A DNA stretch of 64,000 nucleotides from an uncultured Alphaproteobacteria bacterium (lineage in GTDB: Bacteria; Bacteroidota; Ignavibacteria; OLB7). Positions 33,701 through 44,400 of this stretch are shown here, piece by piece. The notes under the pieces were generated by a model. That model ran no database searches. It worked only from the letters and a program-made list of their open reading frames with translations, and was not told the DNA's origin. The stretch is taken from contig CAYVWR010000003.1 in NCBI GenBank assembly GCA_964455525.1, positions 323,475-387,474 on the forward strand, in the 5' to 3' direction. Within the stretch, counting starts at the first letter, position 1; each line of letters opens with the position of its first letter. Position numbers and translations under genes: made by a program.

Positions 33701-36700
33701 TCGTGCAGCGCCTCGGGAATGTGCATACTGAGGCTGACAAGAAGATGGTGCTCGGCGGCAGGACGCCATACTATAGCCGCCACCTGGGGTTTGGCAGGGT
33801 GGATGCCGCCGCCGCCGTGAGCGCTGCATTCAGTTATAGCCACAACGACAGGGATCTGATGGTACGTAAGTATATGGGGGATAATGGCACTACACGGCCC
33901 GATATGGCATATGAGGCTCTGAAGCTCAGCCCTGATATCTGGCTGAGCAACAGTGGTGATTCCGTTCTGCCCGCCGACGATGCCTATGGAACGCCTGCGC
34001 CCCACCAGACCTTTGCGTCCAATCAGCCCAGATGGATCTATGTACGGGTGAAAAATCGTGGCACGAAGCCAAGCCTGGAAGCATCGGTGCGATTTTATGT
34101 GGCAGTCAGGGACCGTGCGGAGATTCTGAAGTTCACGATGGATGATTTCCAGCAATCAAGGATCGATGGGGTGCCGTTTACGGTGTCAAGTGGCAATATC
34201 GGCACTCAGTATGTGGAAGAAGCATACCTCTTCCCCTTTGATGCTACCGATATGAGCGGTATACCCCATAACAGGACAATGGTGGTACGGACAAATAAAT
34301 GGGAGCTTGCCAATCTGCCGCTCGATGCCGTATTGTCGGGGCGCAAACGGATTTTTGTGCTTGCCGAGATCACCCCCCATGATGGGCGCGTCAAAGGGGC
34401 TGACAATAACTATATCGACACCATCTACAACAAGGAGAACTTTCTCGATATCCGTAATGATAACAACGTCGCGTTTCGTGAGGTGATCTTTGCCGATGTT
34501 CAGGTCAAGGGGCAGCCCGATGGCGAGCCTCTGCAAAAGCAGTACCCGGCGCCGAGATCCGGCAGGAAAAAATCTCAACTGTTCAGGATTGATCTGCTCG
34601 ACCGGGTTGGGGCATTTGTTGCTGAAAATGTCGTCGTGGAGGTGACCGGAGTTTGTGCGGGCCTATCTTCGGCGGTGGAGTTTTATCATACATCCGGCAC
34701 CGGCTGGCGAACCAGCGATCCTGGAGCCGACTGGATCTCCTTTGATGGTCCGCCCATGACGACGCACCCCGCCACCACCACCCCATCCAATCCTGTCAGC
34801 ATACCCGAAGCCGCGGTGGGGGACCTGTACGAAATGTTCTTTACCGGCACGTTTGCCGTTGATACTACATGGCAGTCCATCTCCATCATCGCTGTGATTC
34901 ATGATGACGAAGGAAGGGAGCTTGGGCGTAGCGGATGGGCCGCACAGATCGTGGAGGAGCCTGTCAGGTATGATGTTCTCGCTGATGCCGCCGTTGCCCG
35001 CCCTGCTCTCTCCGCCTTTGCAGATATGAGCCTACTGGACGAGCAGATAAGTGAATCGATGGCCTACGGCCCGCAGTCGTCCCTGGTGTTTCGTAGTACC
35101 AATAGCTTCACCTCGCAGGCCGATAGTGTGCCGGCCTATGCCGCCGCCGATGGTGTTGCGATGATACAGCGGATGGTCGATCCGGAGACCGGGCTGGTCG
35201 ATGAGCAGCGTGTGAACCTGATTATTGCGCCGCGTGGCGGGTCTGGCGTTGCTATTCAGCCTGTCCAGTATTTTGTCTATCGTGGTCTCAGGATCGGCGA
35301 TTTCCTGGGAGGGCCTGCAACCGGGAACGGCGGGGTCGATTATATCCAGGTGCGCTCCGGTCCAGCCGATGAGAACGACACCAGCGTCTCGGCTTTTATC
35401 AGGGAGATCTACAGAGGCATGGAGATGCGCCGTCAGGAGATGGTCGCCGCCGGAATTCCTTCGGGTGATATCCCGGATATCGAAAACGATCCGTTGTCGA
35501 GCAGCATTCTGGGATGGGAGGCGAGCGCCAGCCTGGAAAGCACGAACGATCTCCCCCTGGATGATTTTTTCAATCGATTCGATGAACTGCGCCAGCTTCC
35601 GCTGGTGCGCAGGGGAATGCATCTCGGCGATTTTCATGCCGGGGAGGAGGCAGAGTTCGGCATCGATATCGCGCTGCAAGGGGACTATGCGGTCCCGCTG
35701 ACGTTTGCGTATGCGCGCAGAGCCTACCATGAGATCAATCTGCTGGAGGATGAGCCTGCCTCGGAGTGGGAGGAACGGCGGCGGCGCGAGGATGCGCGCA
35801 ATTTTATCGATGCGGCGGCCTACTATGGCATGCACGGCTCGATCGGCGTCTACGATCATCAGGGGAGGTTGCGGCGGGGGGAGGAACTCTACAACGATCT
35901 GCTCCTTCCCTTCCTCAACAGAAACCGGGTCTATATCGATATCCGGAACGAGGCAGGATACTCGATGAACTATTCCGGCAATTATATGATGGATGGGGCA
36001 CAGGTGAAGGTGGGATCGGACCTTGCCTTGATGTACGCTGATATCTATGCCACCGATGGCTGGCCGATCGGCATGATAGAGCGCTCGCATAGCGAGATTC
36101 TCTCGGGAGAAGATGGCATCTTCTATCTCTCGCTCGCTGTTGCGGATAATACGCTTCCGCTCCTGTATGTAGAGCAGGGTATAGTGCAGGGCCAGCTCCA
36201 CCAGGGCTTTGTGCCGGGGAGTTGGCTGCTGGCCCAGGGGACGGAATGGACCTTCCCGGTCGGATTTCGGCTTCCGCAGGTAGAAGAAGGCGGGCAGATG
36301 CGCGATCTGGCCGGTATGATCCGGCTCCGCTATCTGCGCCAGATTCCTGCGGTGCCGGGGCTTGCAGTGGGGAACGTAGTGGCGGCGGAGCACTATACCG
36401 ATAATATCTTCGGTCCGGTGGATGCCGGTGTTGCCTGGGATGCCGCTCCGGGAAATTCGCCGATGAATCATCTGCAACAGACCCGATGGGACCGGCTTCA
36501 CGAAAGGCGATATGCGGATGGTCGGCAGACCGGCCATGGTATCTCCTTTGGCGCGCTTATGGAACGTGGCATCGCGGTGCGGAGCGGGCAGGTGCTCTTC
36601 TACAACGTCGCCGTCGATTTCTACAGCATAAGCGGAGGGGTGGTGCCAAAGGGGAGAGGGGCGGGAGTGGGCTTCGGCCCGCAGCAGAATTTCCTGGAGG

Positions 36701-38274
36701 CATCCTCGATCTTCAATGGTTATAATGTGGAGACGAGCGAGATAGCCCAGCCTGTGGCCGCGACGCTGTATAGGCTGGTTCCACAGGACGATAACGTTGT
36801 GCGCGAAGGGGTGATGATGCTTGGTATTACCGCCAGTGAACGGGCGCTGCTCGCCGATGCTGCCGCTGTTGTGCTGAGCCGCTATCACGAGCGGAATCTG
36901 GTGCTTGAAGAACGCCAGATCGTGGGCGCCGAGGCCTCCGTCTACAGTCTGAAGGTCCGTGGCCTCCACAAGGACACCCATCAGAGCTATGATGCGGAGC
37001 CGACCTCGGAGATTCATGTTTACTCCAGAGATGGTCTCTTTTTTGTCTCGGCGGAATTCACCATGCCGGATTTCCTTCCCGACATCTATCTGCCAAACGC
37101 GGAGGAACTGCGTGCGGCCACGCCGGAGCCGACAGCGATCCTGGAGAACCATCCGGTGATGGCGATGTTGATCGCTGGCTTTGAACATGCGTTGTCGTCG
37201 ATTCCTGATAACGATATGGCCAGGGAATCGCTGAAAGCGGCGATCGATATTTACGGAGAAGATCTCTGGGCCGAGGCGACCGCGTTTACTCTCGATGGAG
37301 GTGCTGACGACCGGATACTCTACTGGGCCAGGCTGAGGATGGCTGCGGTGTTGAAAGGGCATCCCCGTCTGCTGAAGAACTCGCAGGAGCAGGCCGAGGT
37401 GGTGCGCTATTTCGAGGAGACGACCCGCGGGTTCGCTCAGGCCACATTTGCCAATGCCACCACAGGGGCCATGAAGATTCTGCTGGTCGGCTTCGATCCC
37501 TACGCGCTTGGCGGTGCTGGCGTAACCAACAGCAATTCCGGGGGGATGGTGGCTCTCGGAATGCACGGCAAGAGCATAACAGAGGGAGATGCCACAGGGC
37601 ATATCAACAGCGTTATCCTCCCGATTCGCTATCGCGATTTCGATGATGGGATGGTAGAGCGCCTGTTTAGCCCCTTCCTGTATGGAAATACCACGGTGGA
37701 TATGATCGTGGCCGTGAATATGAATGGAGGCCACGGCATGTTCAGTCTGGCGCGATTTGCCGCACGCGCCAGAACCGGAGGATTCCCGGATAATGCCGAT
37801 CGGAAATCGGTCGGGGCAATTGGAGCAGGAACCGGCTGGAATGAATTCTACCAGACGAGCCTGCCAGTGCAGGAGATGATGCAGGGGGAGATCGGGCGTA
37901 CGCCGCAACAGATATTCTTTTATGACCAGTCGTACCGGTTGATCGATCCCACTGGCGTCCCGCTAGAGCATGGGCGTGCGGGAATCGATGCAGGGGCGAT
38001 CAACAGCGATCTGAACGAATCGCTGCCGCTTGGGGGAACCGCTGTGGCGGGGTCGGCCGGAAGCTATCTGCCGAACGAGTTTTTCTACCGGCTTGCGCGG
38101 TTGCGTGCGCAGCCTCCGGGAACGGAGCCTTCGCCGAATGTACGCCTGGGATATCTCGGCATTCCAAGCGTAAACGTCTCGGCGGTTACCGGTGGAGTGC
38201 TCTCCCGAAGCCAGATCATGAACGAGCTGGAAGAGGCATTGAAACGGGCGCTGGCCGGGCTGGGCGAAGGTTAG
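30310..38274 (+). CDS. Giant protein (~2,655 aa) carrying a peptidase S8 (subtilase) catalytic domain split by large insertions, followed by ~1,500 aa of unknown sequence.
   Basis: Catalytic Asp in VIAIVDTGVDSS, His in SHGVSCAAIATAMANG, Asn in VLGAGNDD and Ser in GTSMSTPLVAGTAALILSANPYL. CARDB-like segment NQPRWIYVRVKNRGTKPSLEASVRFYV. Start taken at the internal ATG (MKRSQVRS). Confidence 0.7.
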   Translation: MKRSQVRSLFIRVCDPMGMLIGDATVSVRSSDGVVERVASGVDRIGHGVKKEYNHYIKDIEPGTYILEISRPGSILERLVVDMPDTGRYLECMLHAKDSEYGYRAGRSAGYCTGALEVAVMHAGRVEDCDLRGTREVAESFGLHLSGIFKNADGVTQVFSPGADGCNENERDILKKCSDALHTAGIYSHIGIVLERNEGAIHVATGIILAKCLPGIDVQYVRDTIERASLEIVYEHSPVSRLFEIAVNDVAGKNIVDSCRTLMESGVFESADPMATVTAELLSGSQVIPSDFLFPLQWHLATANVPEAWAILQSHGRPSTEVNDLTYGSADVVIAIVDTGVDSSKYEDEPDGEGAPNHTDFIGNVRGGLLAPLIGSKKVYKIYDMRTFKRTDNHGNRDPNIRGGMYPDNYKVTLSHGVSCAAIATAMANGRGSVGVAPNARLISIRTAQQGTNLNQINRNTWSWLVGLDPGWTTNGPVYDPYDILPAQFGTPGNPGPGADIISNSMRFKYLAENFDADMRNISDVCWYGRQRRGAIFVLGAGNDDSSIMDRQMFGYHRRIIVVAASTLDSKGVEIRAPYSSYGDNSREVYPPKDNSGNNEGSEVEKKKEIPDRKPDWLYVDVSAPSANYPECDNNPLYAELTINEDGSVGPPDDTYKVFGPRPHMVNRPPYNRAIVTAGMFEDTRDFLLGGTLYPPTDESARVSQLTRSNLPGDHIRETTLWEAVDAPVSNATRVKVVKVANVPGITYAPHDAVVIGKVGYNENGVDETAINEVESSVVVGVTEYPDYTELELDGYLWNAHAAGAPVYTGKRSYVDHFSGTSMSTPLVAGTAALILSANPYLTNIEVREILRSTAVKIDMHGGMWLSTQFRSQRDKTILSRDRVAPAIGVQPPIFKPITSSLGIAIDAVADSGKFSRITIAENQSRAGFSVGQAVLIGAETLLVRAATLPPNPIQPVTITVESTDGFHPGQIIRIGDADTTYFAGFPVRRNDGSDDSMDQSTEEPEARGRIIGLDRKKILVGNTRTYQAGQAILIGGVRYVIEFVQGTFKLLLTTEYAGENHWPHVPRMEVVPADVLEGTVEEIVSDTQMTVIYTGPGKSFTTTPKPLVRVKGTESSVIMDLPGDDARAVIVQRLGNVHTEADKKMVLGGRTPYYSRHLGFGRVDAAAAVSAAFSYSHNDRDLMVRKYMGDNGTTRPDMAYEALKLSPDIWLSNSGDSVLPADDAYGTPAPHQTFASNQPRWIYVRVKNRGTKPSLEASVRFYVAVRDRAEILKFTMDDFQQSRIDGVPFTVSSGNIGTQYVEEAYLFPFDATDMSGIPHNRTMVVRTNKWELANLPLDAVLSGRKRIFVLAEITPHDGRVKGADNNYIDTIYNKENFLDIRNDNNVAFREVIFADVQVKGQPDGEPLQKQYPAPRSGRKKSQLFRIDLLDRVGAFVAENVVVEVTGVCAGLSSAVEFYHTSGTGWRTSDPGADWISFDGPPMTTHPATTTPSNPVSIPEAAVGDLYEMFFTGTFAVDTTWQSISIIAVIHDDEGRELGRSGWAAQIVEEPVRYDVLADAAVARPALSAFADMSLLDEQISESMAYGPQSSLVFRSTNSFTSQADSVPAYAAADGVAMIQRMVDPETGLVDEQRVNLIIAPRGGSGVAIQPVQYFVYRGLRIGDFLGGPATGNGGVDYIQVRSGPADENDTSVSAFIREIYRGMEMRRQEMVAAGIPSGDIPDIENDPLSSSILGWEASASLESTNDLPLDDFFNRFDELRQLPLVRRGMHLGDFHAGEEAEFGIDIALQGDYAVPLTFAYARRAYHEINLLEDEPASEWEERRRREDARNFIDAAAYYGMHGSIGVYDHQGRLRRGEELYNDLLLPFLNRNRVYIDIRNEAGYSMNYSGNYMMDGAQVKVGSDLALMYADIYATDGWPIGMIERSHSEILSGEDGIFYLSLAVADNTLPLLYVEQGIVQGQLHQGFVPGSWLLAQGTEWTFPVGFRLPQVEEGGQMRDLAGMIRLRYLRQIPAVPGLAVGNVVAAEHYTDNIFGPVDAGVAWDAAPGNSPMNHLQQTRWDRLHERRYADGRQTGHGISFGALMERGIAVRSGQVLFYNVAVDFYSISGGVVPKGRGAGVGFGPQQNFLEASSIFNGYNVETSEIAQPVAATLYRLVPQDDNVVREGVMMLGITASERALLADAAAVVLSRYHERNLVLEERQIVGAEASVYSLKVRGLHKDTHQSYDAEPTSEIHVYSRDGLFFVSAEFTMPDFLPDIYLPNAEELRAATPEPTAILENHPVMAMLIAGFEHALSSIPDNDMARESLKAAIDIYGEDLWAEATAFTLDGGADDRILYWARLRMAAVLKGHPRLLKNSQEQAEVVRYFEETTRGFAQATFANATTGAMKILLVGFDPYALGGAGVTNSNSGGMVALGMHGKSITEGDATGHINSVILPIRYRDFDDGMVERLFSPFLYGNTTVDMIVAVNMNGGHGMFSLARFAARARTGGFPDNADRKSVGAIGAGTGWNEFYQTSLPVQEMMQGEIGRTPQQIFFYDQSYRLIDPTGVPLEHGRAGIDAGAINSDLNESLPLGGTAVAGSAGSYLPNEFFYRLARLRAQPPGTEPSPNVRLGYLGIPSVNVSAVTGGVLSRSQIMNELEEALKRALAGLGEG

Positions 38275-38473
38275 GCGCCGGAATACCACTGCCGGGAGCG
38301 GCCGGGCGGAATACACCCGGTCGCTCCCGGCTTCGGATGGTCTATCGGTTATGCAGTCCGGCAGAGCATTCCCTGCGGCCATATCTACCAGAGCACTTCG
38401 ATTTTTGTCACCATCCCGCATCTATCCATCACGAATTTTTCACGTGGTCACCGCCACATTCTATGAAGATGTT

Positions 38474-41400
38474 ATGAGCAGTATTAACTCTTATTATCCG
38501 CCGCTATCTGCGCTTGCCGATATAAGCATAATTCCCCCTCAGCTTGATTTTATCGGGCATGCATTGAATTCCCTGCTCGATAGAATCTATTTCCGCGATC
38601 TGCAACATTCAACAAGCAGGGGCGGAGGAAGAGAATTCTATAGCCTTACGCTTCTGACTTATAGAAAGATCGGCATCGAAATTCCAGGAACCGGCATCGG
38701 CCTATATCTCAATCCTCCCGATCCTCCCGGCAGTGCCGGAGGAACCCTGTTCGGCACCGGCATTCCACTTACGCTGGAGTACGAATGGGGCATTGCCGAT
38801 CTGGTTCGTGGTTTCGACCTGGAGACGTTCAAGCCGGACCCGAAAACGCTGTTTGGCCTTATTGCCCGGACGATGAAGCTTGATACATCCACGCTTGCCG
38901 GGCAGGCGATCGCAGCATTTGCCGGCGGATCTCTGGAGTCCTTTATCGGCGATATAAATACGTGGCTCGGCAATGAAAACATCGAGCAGATTCTCTCCCC
39001 TGATGCCGGATTGAGCGATCCGGAAAAGATCGCCAACGTGATAGGGCAGATCGAGGATAATGCCGGAGTGCCGCTGCCGGAAGCTCTGTGGAATGTCTAC
39101 CTGAGTTCGACAGGAGATGCCGGCAACTCTGCCCCTGTCGATCAGTTGTTTCGGCCATTGCTCGGCGGAAAGTCGATGCTGGAGTACATCGGCGATCTGC
39201 TAGCCCCGAAGATCAATGCGTCGCTGCGTCTGAAAACACGCCTGGAATTTCCGCGAACAATTCTTAAGCCTCTTATCATCGAGCAGGGGCAACCGCATCG
39301 TGTCGATGAAAACCCCGAAGCCCGATCGACCCTCGACTTTGCCGAGGGGACCTTGTGTTTCAATACATCGAAGGGAATCGGTTTCGATGCCATGCTGGAT
39401 GCCACGCTGGTTCCGTCTCAGATCGGCGATACCGGGCTGACTCTCTCGTTCACCCAGGCCCGGCTGGACCTCAGTACCACGGCCAGCATACCGGAATCGG
39501 TGGCCGATGGCCGCGGCGAGGATTTTGTCGGCGTTTATATCCGGGATGCCGAGATCGGGCTTCCCGCATTCTGGCGGACAAAGCCAGATGACGAGCGGCC
39601 GCAGGATCTGAACCATCGCGCCAGGATCATCGGGCGAAATATTCTTATCGGCACCGGCGGGCTTTCCGGTTCCTTCAGCCTGCTGACAACCGATGATGAG
39701 CCGTTGCTGGAGACCCGCTTCGGCGCCACCGAGGGGGAACCCGGAAGCAGCGGATTCGGGATTGCACTCGATCGCTTCGATATTTCGTTTCATCAGGGAG
39801 CGATCGTCGGCTCGGATATTCATGGCACTCTGCGCCTGCCGGTCGGTGATGGAGATATCGCGCTCGGCGTCACCATCGCTGTGCATAATGGTGGCTTCAC
39901 CATCGCAGTGCAGCCCGATCCGCCGGTCAGCTTCGGGATGGATAATGTTTTTTCGCTGACAATAACAAAAATTGGGGTGGGAAGTCTCGGTTCCCGCTAC
40001 TACCTGGAGGCTGCCGGATCTCTGGAGATTCTCGCCGATCTGCCCGGCGTTGGAAGGATCTTCAAGCAGCCGATCGAAATCGGCACGGTGATCATCTGGT
40101 CCAATGGCGAGATCGATTTCCAGGGGGGAAGCTTCGTCCTGAATGAGGCGGTCAGGTTGGTCGCCGGCCCGGTCGATTTTTCGGTGACCGCAATCCATAT
40201 CGGAAGCGAGGAAGGCTACCATGCGGGGCACCGGAGACACTACAGATATTTCGGGTTCGATGGTGGGGTGAAAACCGGCATTGGCGGAGTGGATGCCCGT
40301 GGCGATGGCATCAAGCTCTATTATACTTCCGACAACACCCGTACGGGGCTGCCCGGGCATATCTATCTCCGTCTGGAATCAATCAAGGTAAGCCTGACGA
40401 TACCCGGCGATGCAACCGAGGAGAACGTTGCATTGATCTTGAAGGGATGGCTCTCGATGAAAAATCGTGCATCCGGCGAATCCGGCGGGGCCATCCCCGA
40501 ATACGCTGGCGGGGTAACCTTCTCGCTGCCGAAGCTTGGAACGGGTGGAGGAGCCAATCTGAAAATGATCCCGTCGATCGGTGCCTTCCTCGTCGATGCC
40601 AATCTGGAGTTTCCTTCGCCGATCCTTCTGGGGAGTACCGGTCTTGGCATCTACGGGTTGAACGGAATTTTCGGCAATAAATATATTCTTCGGAAAGGGG
40701 AGAACGAGCGCTGGTGGGAGTTCTACAGAAAGCCCGATCCTGGCGTTAACGTGCAGAAGTTCAGCCGGGCCGATGGGTTTGCAATAGGCGCGGGGGTTTC
40801 CATGGCTACGGCTGGTGACTCCGGCGAAGCATTCTCGAGCAAGCTGATGTTTATTCTTTCGATACCCGGAATGCTTGCGTTCGAGGGACGTGCTTCCATT
40901 CTGAGCACAAGGCTCGGGCTGAGCGGCGATGAGGACCCCCCGTTCTTTGCGGTCCTGTCGTTGAGCGAAATCGGGGTGGAAGCGGCCTTTGGCATCAATT
41001 ACCAACGCCCTCGCAATTCCGGCGATATTTTCAGCCTGAATGCCATTATGGAGCTTGGCTTTTTCTATGGGCGCTCCTCGGCATGGCACGTAAATATCGG
41101 CCGCGACGCGCCCGACACCATGCGCATCGGTGCATCCATGCTGAAGGTTCTCCACGGCAAAGGCTATCTGATGCTCGGATCAGGGGGCATCAAGGTGGGG
41201 CAGAGCGTGGAGTTCAAATTTGAACAGGATTGCGCGGTGGCAAGGGTGGGGCTGTATGCGGCGCTCGAAGTTGGCGGTCGTGCGAGCTTCCGTCCGCTTC
41301 AGATTGGCGGTTGGGGGCATGTAGGAGGCTACGCCGAGTTGAAGATATTCGGCTTTGGATTCCGTCTGAATGTGGATGCGTTTCTTATGGTGGAGGCACC

Positions 41401-44400
41401 ACGGCCGTTTGCCATCGCCGGAAGCCTCTCGCTGGGCGTTTCCCCACCCTGGCCATTTCCGGATGTGAACCTCAGTGTAGGGATCGGCTGGACGTTCAAC
41501 AACGAACGGAATATCGACGAAATAGGGTTTATCGGAGAACAGGAGTATTCCGGCAGCGATGCCATCGAAGCCTATGTGCAGCAGCGGGTTCATCCGGTGA
41601 AGGCAATACATATGATATCGGGAGAACCATTTCTCCTGAATTATGTGAATCATCATTATCCGGAACGGACCCGGCTCCCCTCCTTGCTGGAGGAAGCGCC
41701 GGAGATCCCCCCGCCGGACAGCGGATGGATAGGATCGTTCGACCGTTTTACGCTGCCACTGGACAGTTTCATCGATATAGAATTCAGCAAGGGGGTCGAT
41801 CCTGCCAGCATACGGAGGCTGGGGCCGATCCAGACCGGGAGAATCTGTGAAGAGCTGGTGCCGCCGCAAAAGGGGAGGGAGCAACAGGTGCGGCATCGTT
41901 ATGTCGTGGACTCCGTGTCGTTACACTACTGGTCGGCTTCGGCACATTCCTGGCAGGATTACACCATGGCCCAGGCGAACACGCCGCTGATCGACCTGCT
42001 GGTGGAGCAGGGGGCTGGCCGCAGCGAGGCGATAGCTTTGCTGGAGAGCCATCTGTACGATGGGTTCTGGCAGCTCAGCAATGCCAACTCCTATACCAGG
42101 CTCCGTATACTGGCCCGTTCCCCGCTTCAGCAGAATCCATCGGTGGAGCTTACCGAGCTTGGGTTCCCGGAGCGTGTGCTGGTCTGCCCTCCCCCGGAAC
42201 GTCCACTGCAATGTCTTGATTGGAACGATGTCCCTGTGGATACGGTGTATGATGCAGCGGAGAAGATATCGGATCGGAGGCTTCAGTACCGTATCTCTGG
42301 CTCTGCGGCAACGGTAAAGGCTGCCAGGAATCCTTTCGGGATGCCACACTCGCTGGTGCTGCCGGGGGGTGAGCAGATCGAGATACTATTCCCACAGCCG
42401 GTAACGAAGGTATCGATGAAGCTTACCGCACTGAGCGAACAGGTTGCCATCTCCTATTACCTGGGGTATCGGTATAACCCGGAGCCGGTCCGGCGTGCGC
42501 CTAACGGGAGCCGCATCGAGCGGTGGGAGATTTCCACGGCTGGCGGAGGAATGAATGATACTGCGGATGATCTCTGGGATAAGCTCCGCGCGATTCCAAG
42601 CTTCATTCGGGCCTTCTGTAGCGGACCCCTTCGACCAGATTCTGTAGCGGTAGCCGCCCTTGGCAGCATCATGGATCAGAAGTTCAGGACGACAAACGCA
42701 TATCTCCGGCGCCGGATGGGGCTGGAACCGGCCCAGAGTGCTGCCGGTTTCTGCGAACGCCTGAAAGAGATGCTGGAAACAGTTATCGTATCGATTTCCG
42801 GCAACACCCCCGCACCACGGTATCTACAGCCCAACCTGGAATATTTCTACAGGGATGCACGGCATTATGCAGGGAAGTATATCCAGGCCTTTATCGATGC
42901 TGGGGAGATGGTTCCCGAACCTCCCGCCGAACATAATGAGCTGTATGAGAAGTGGATGGATCTGCTTGCATGCGCCGGGAAACTAAGCCAGCATCGGGAC
43001 ATGTTGCCGAAGCATGCCCGGCCATTTATCCCAGGGATGATCGATCCCGCCGTTGCCTCCCTCTACATCGCTGCCCGCTCATCTGCCGGCCAGTGGGGCG
43101 TGGAGCTGAATCAGCCCACGGATATTACCGACCCTGTACACCGTGCCCGCTATGTTGCGGAGTTTTTTGCACGTGAAAGTCTCGACGTTGCTGTGAGTTC
43201 CAGGCTTGCGACGCTCTCCCTCTCGTTCGAGCGATTATTCGATGCTCTGGAATCGGCGCTGAAGAAGGTGCGGGCCATGCTGAAGTTCTCCAGAGAGGAT
43301 ATCTGCGGGGGGGCTGCCGGGAGTATCGTGGCCTACGGTGTCCCGGAAGCCAGCTATTCCGGATGCGGCGGCGCCAGTGGTTTTGCCGATATCATCACGA
43401 CGATCTGTATGGCCGGTGCTCCAGCCGAATCTCCGGCCCTCGATCGTATCTCCGCCCTGATCGATGAAGGCGTTTCCACTGTAGTTGCTATCGAGAATTA
43501 TTTCGGATGGCCTGATTCCACTACCGGGACCGATCTATGCTCCAAACTGCGCCGTACTCTGCGTGCGATTTCAGTGGCCTGTTCGGGGCTTGGTGCGCTT
43601 CCGGCTTCCCTGCGGTCCCGTGTGAGGAAGTTGTATGGAACCCTGCTGGTCCATCTCGGCGAATACCGGAAGGATACCAGAGGATTTGATCCGGCAGGGC
43701 CGGATGAGGCGATCATCACATGTATCGGACGGTGGTACGGCGCTCTGGCCTGTCTGTGCAGTTTATGCAATGATTTCGATGCACTACATGCTCAGGATGA
43801 AAGGCCGTACTTCATCAGCACCGTCGATCCCGAGCTTGATAGCTTGTACAACGCCATAGCAGGCGAGCTTGCGAGCGGGGACACCATCATCACCGGCAGC
43901 GGAGTTTCCAATGATCTCTGCGAACAGCTTTCGGTCATCGCGGTCTTTCTGAACGCCCTGGCCATGCGATGCGAGGATCCGATGCTCACGACAAGTGATA
44001 TGCTCGGCTGGCTCTCGGGGGAGGCAAAGACCGACTTTGCATCTGCGCACGCAGCTCTTACCGGACCGGGAGGGGCACTTGAGGAGTTCTCCACGATTTT
44101 CTGCGAGGGCACGGGAAATGGCAACTCCATGTCGTGGCTGCCGATGCTTGGGACTTTGGAGTGCCTCTATAGGCTCATCAGCAGAAGCGCATATCTGCCG
44201 CAGGATATTCTTGGCCGGATCAACGCTGATTTCAGCAACAACTCCAGCAACGATCTGAGCGACCCGCTTTATACCATTATGAAGAAGGTCTATCAGCCTG
44301 GTGTTGGTGATCCGGCCGATCCGCTGGTGCCATCGGCTCTGCCACCGGCCGAACAGAACCTTTATAAGCTGGATTATATCCTTCCCCGCCTTTATCTGAA

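Noticed and set aside
35032-37908. 958-aa minus-strand ORF, together with other long antisense ORFs (39200-40360, 43784-44827, 48461-49663, 51884-53380).
   Set aside because: They lie entirely antisense to the uninterrupted giant plus-strand ORFs in a ~60% GC genome. Their translations are Arg/Pro/His-rich and low-complexity, with no motifs. They are classic antisense artefacts.
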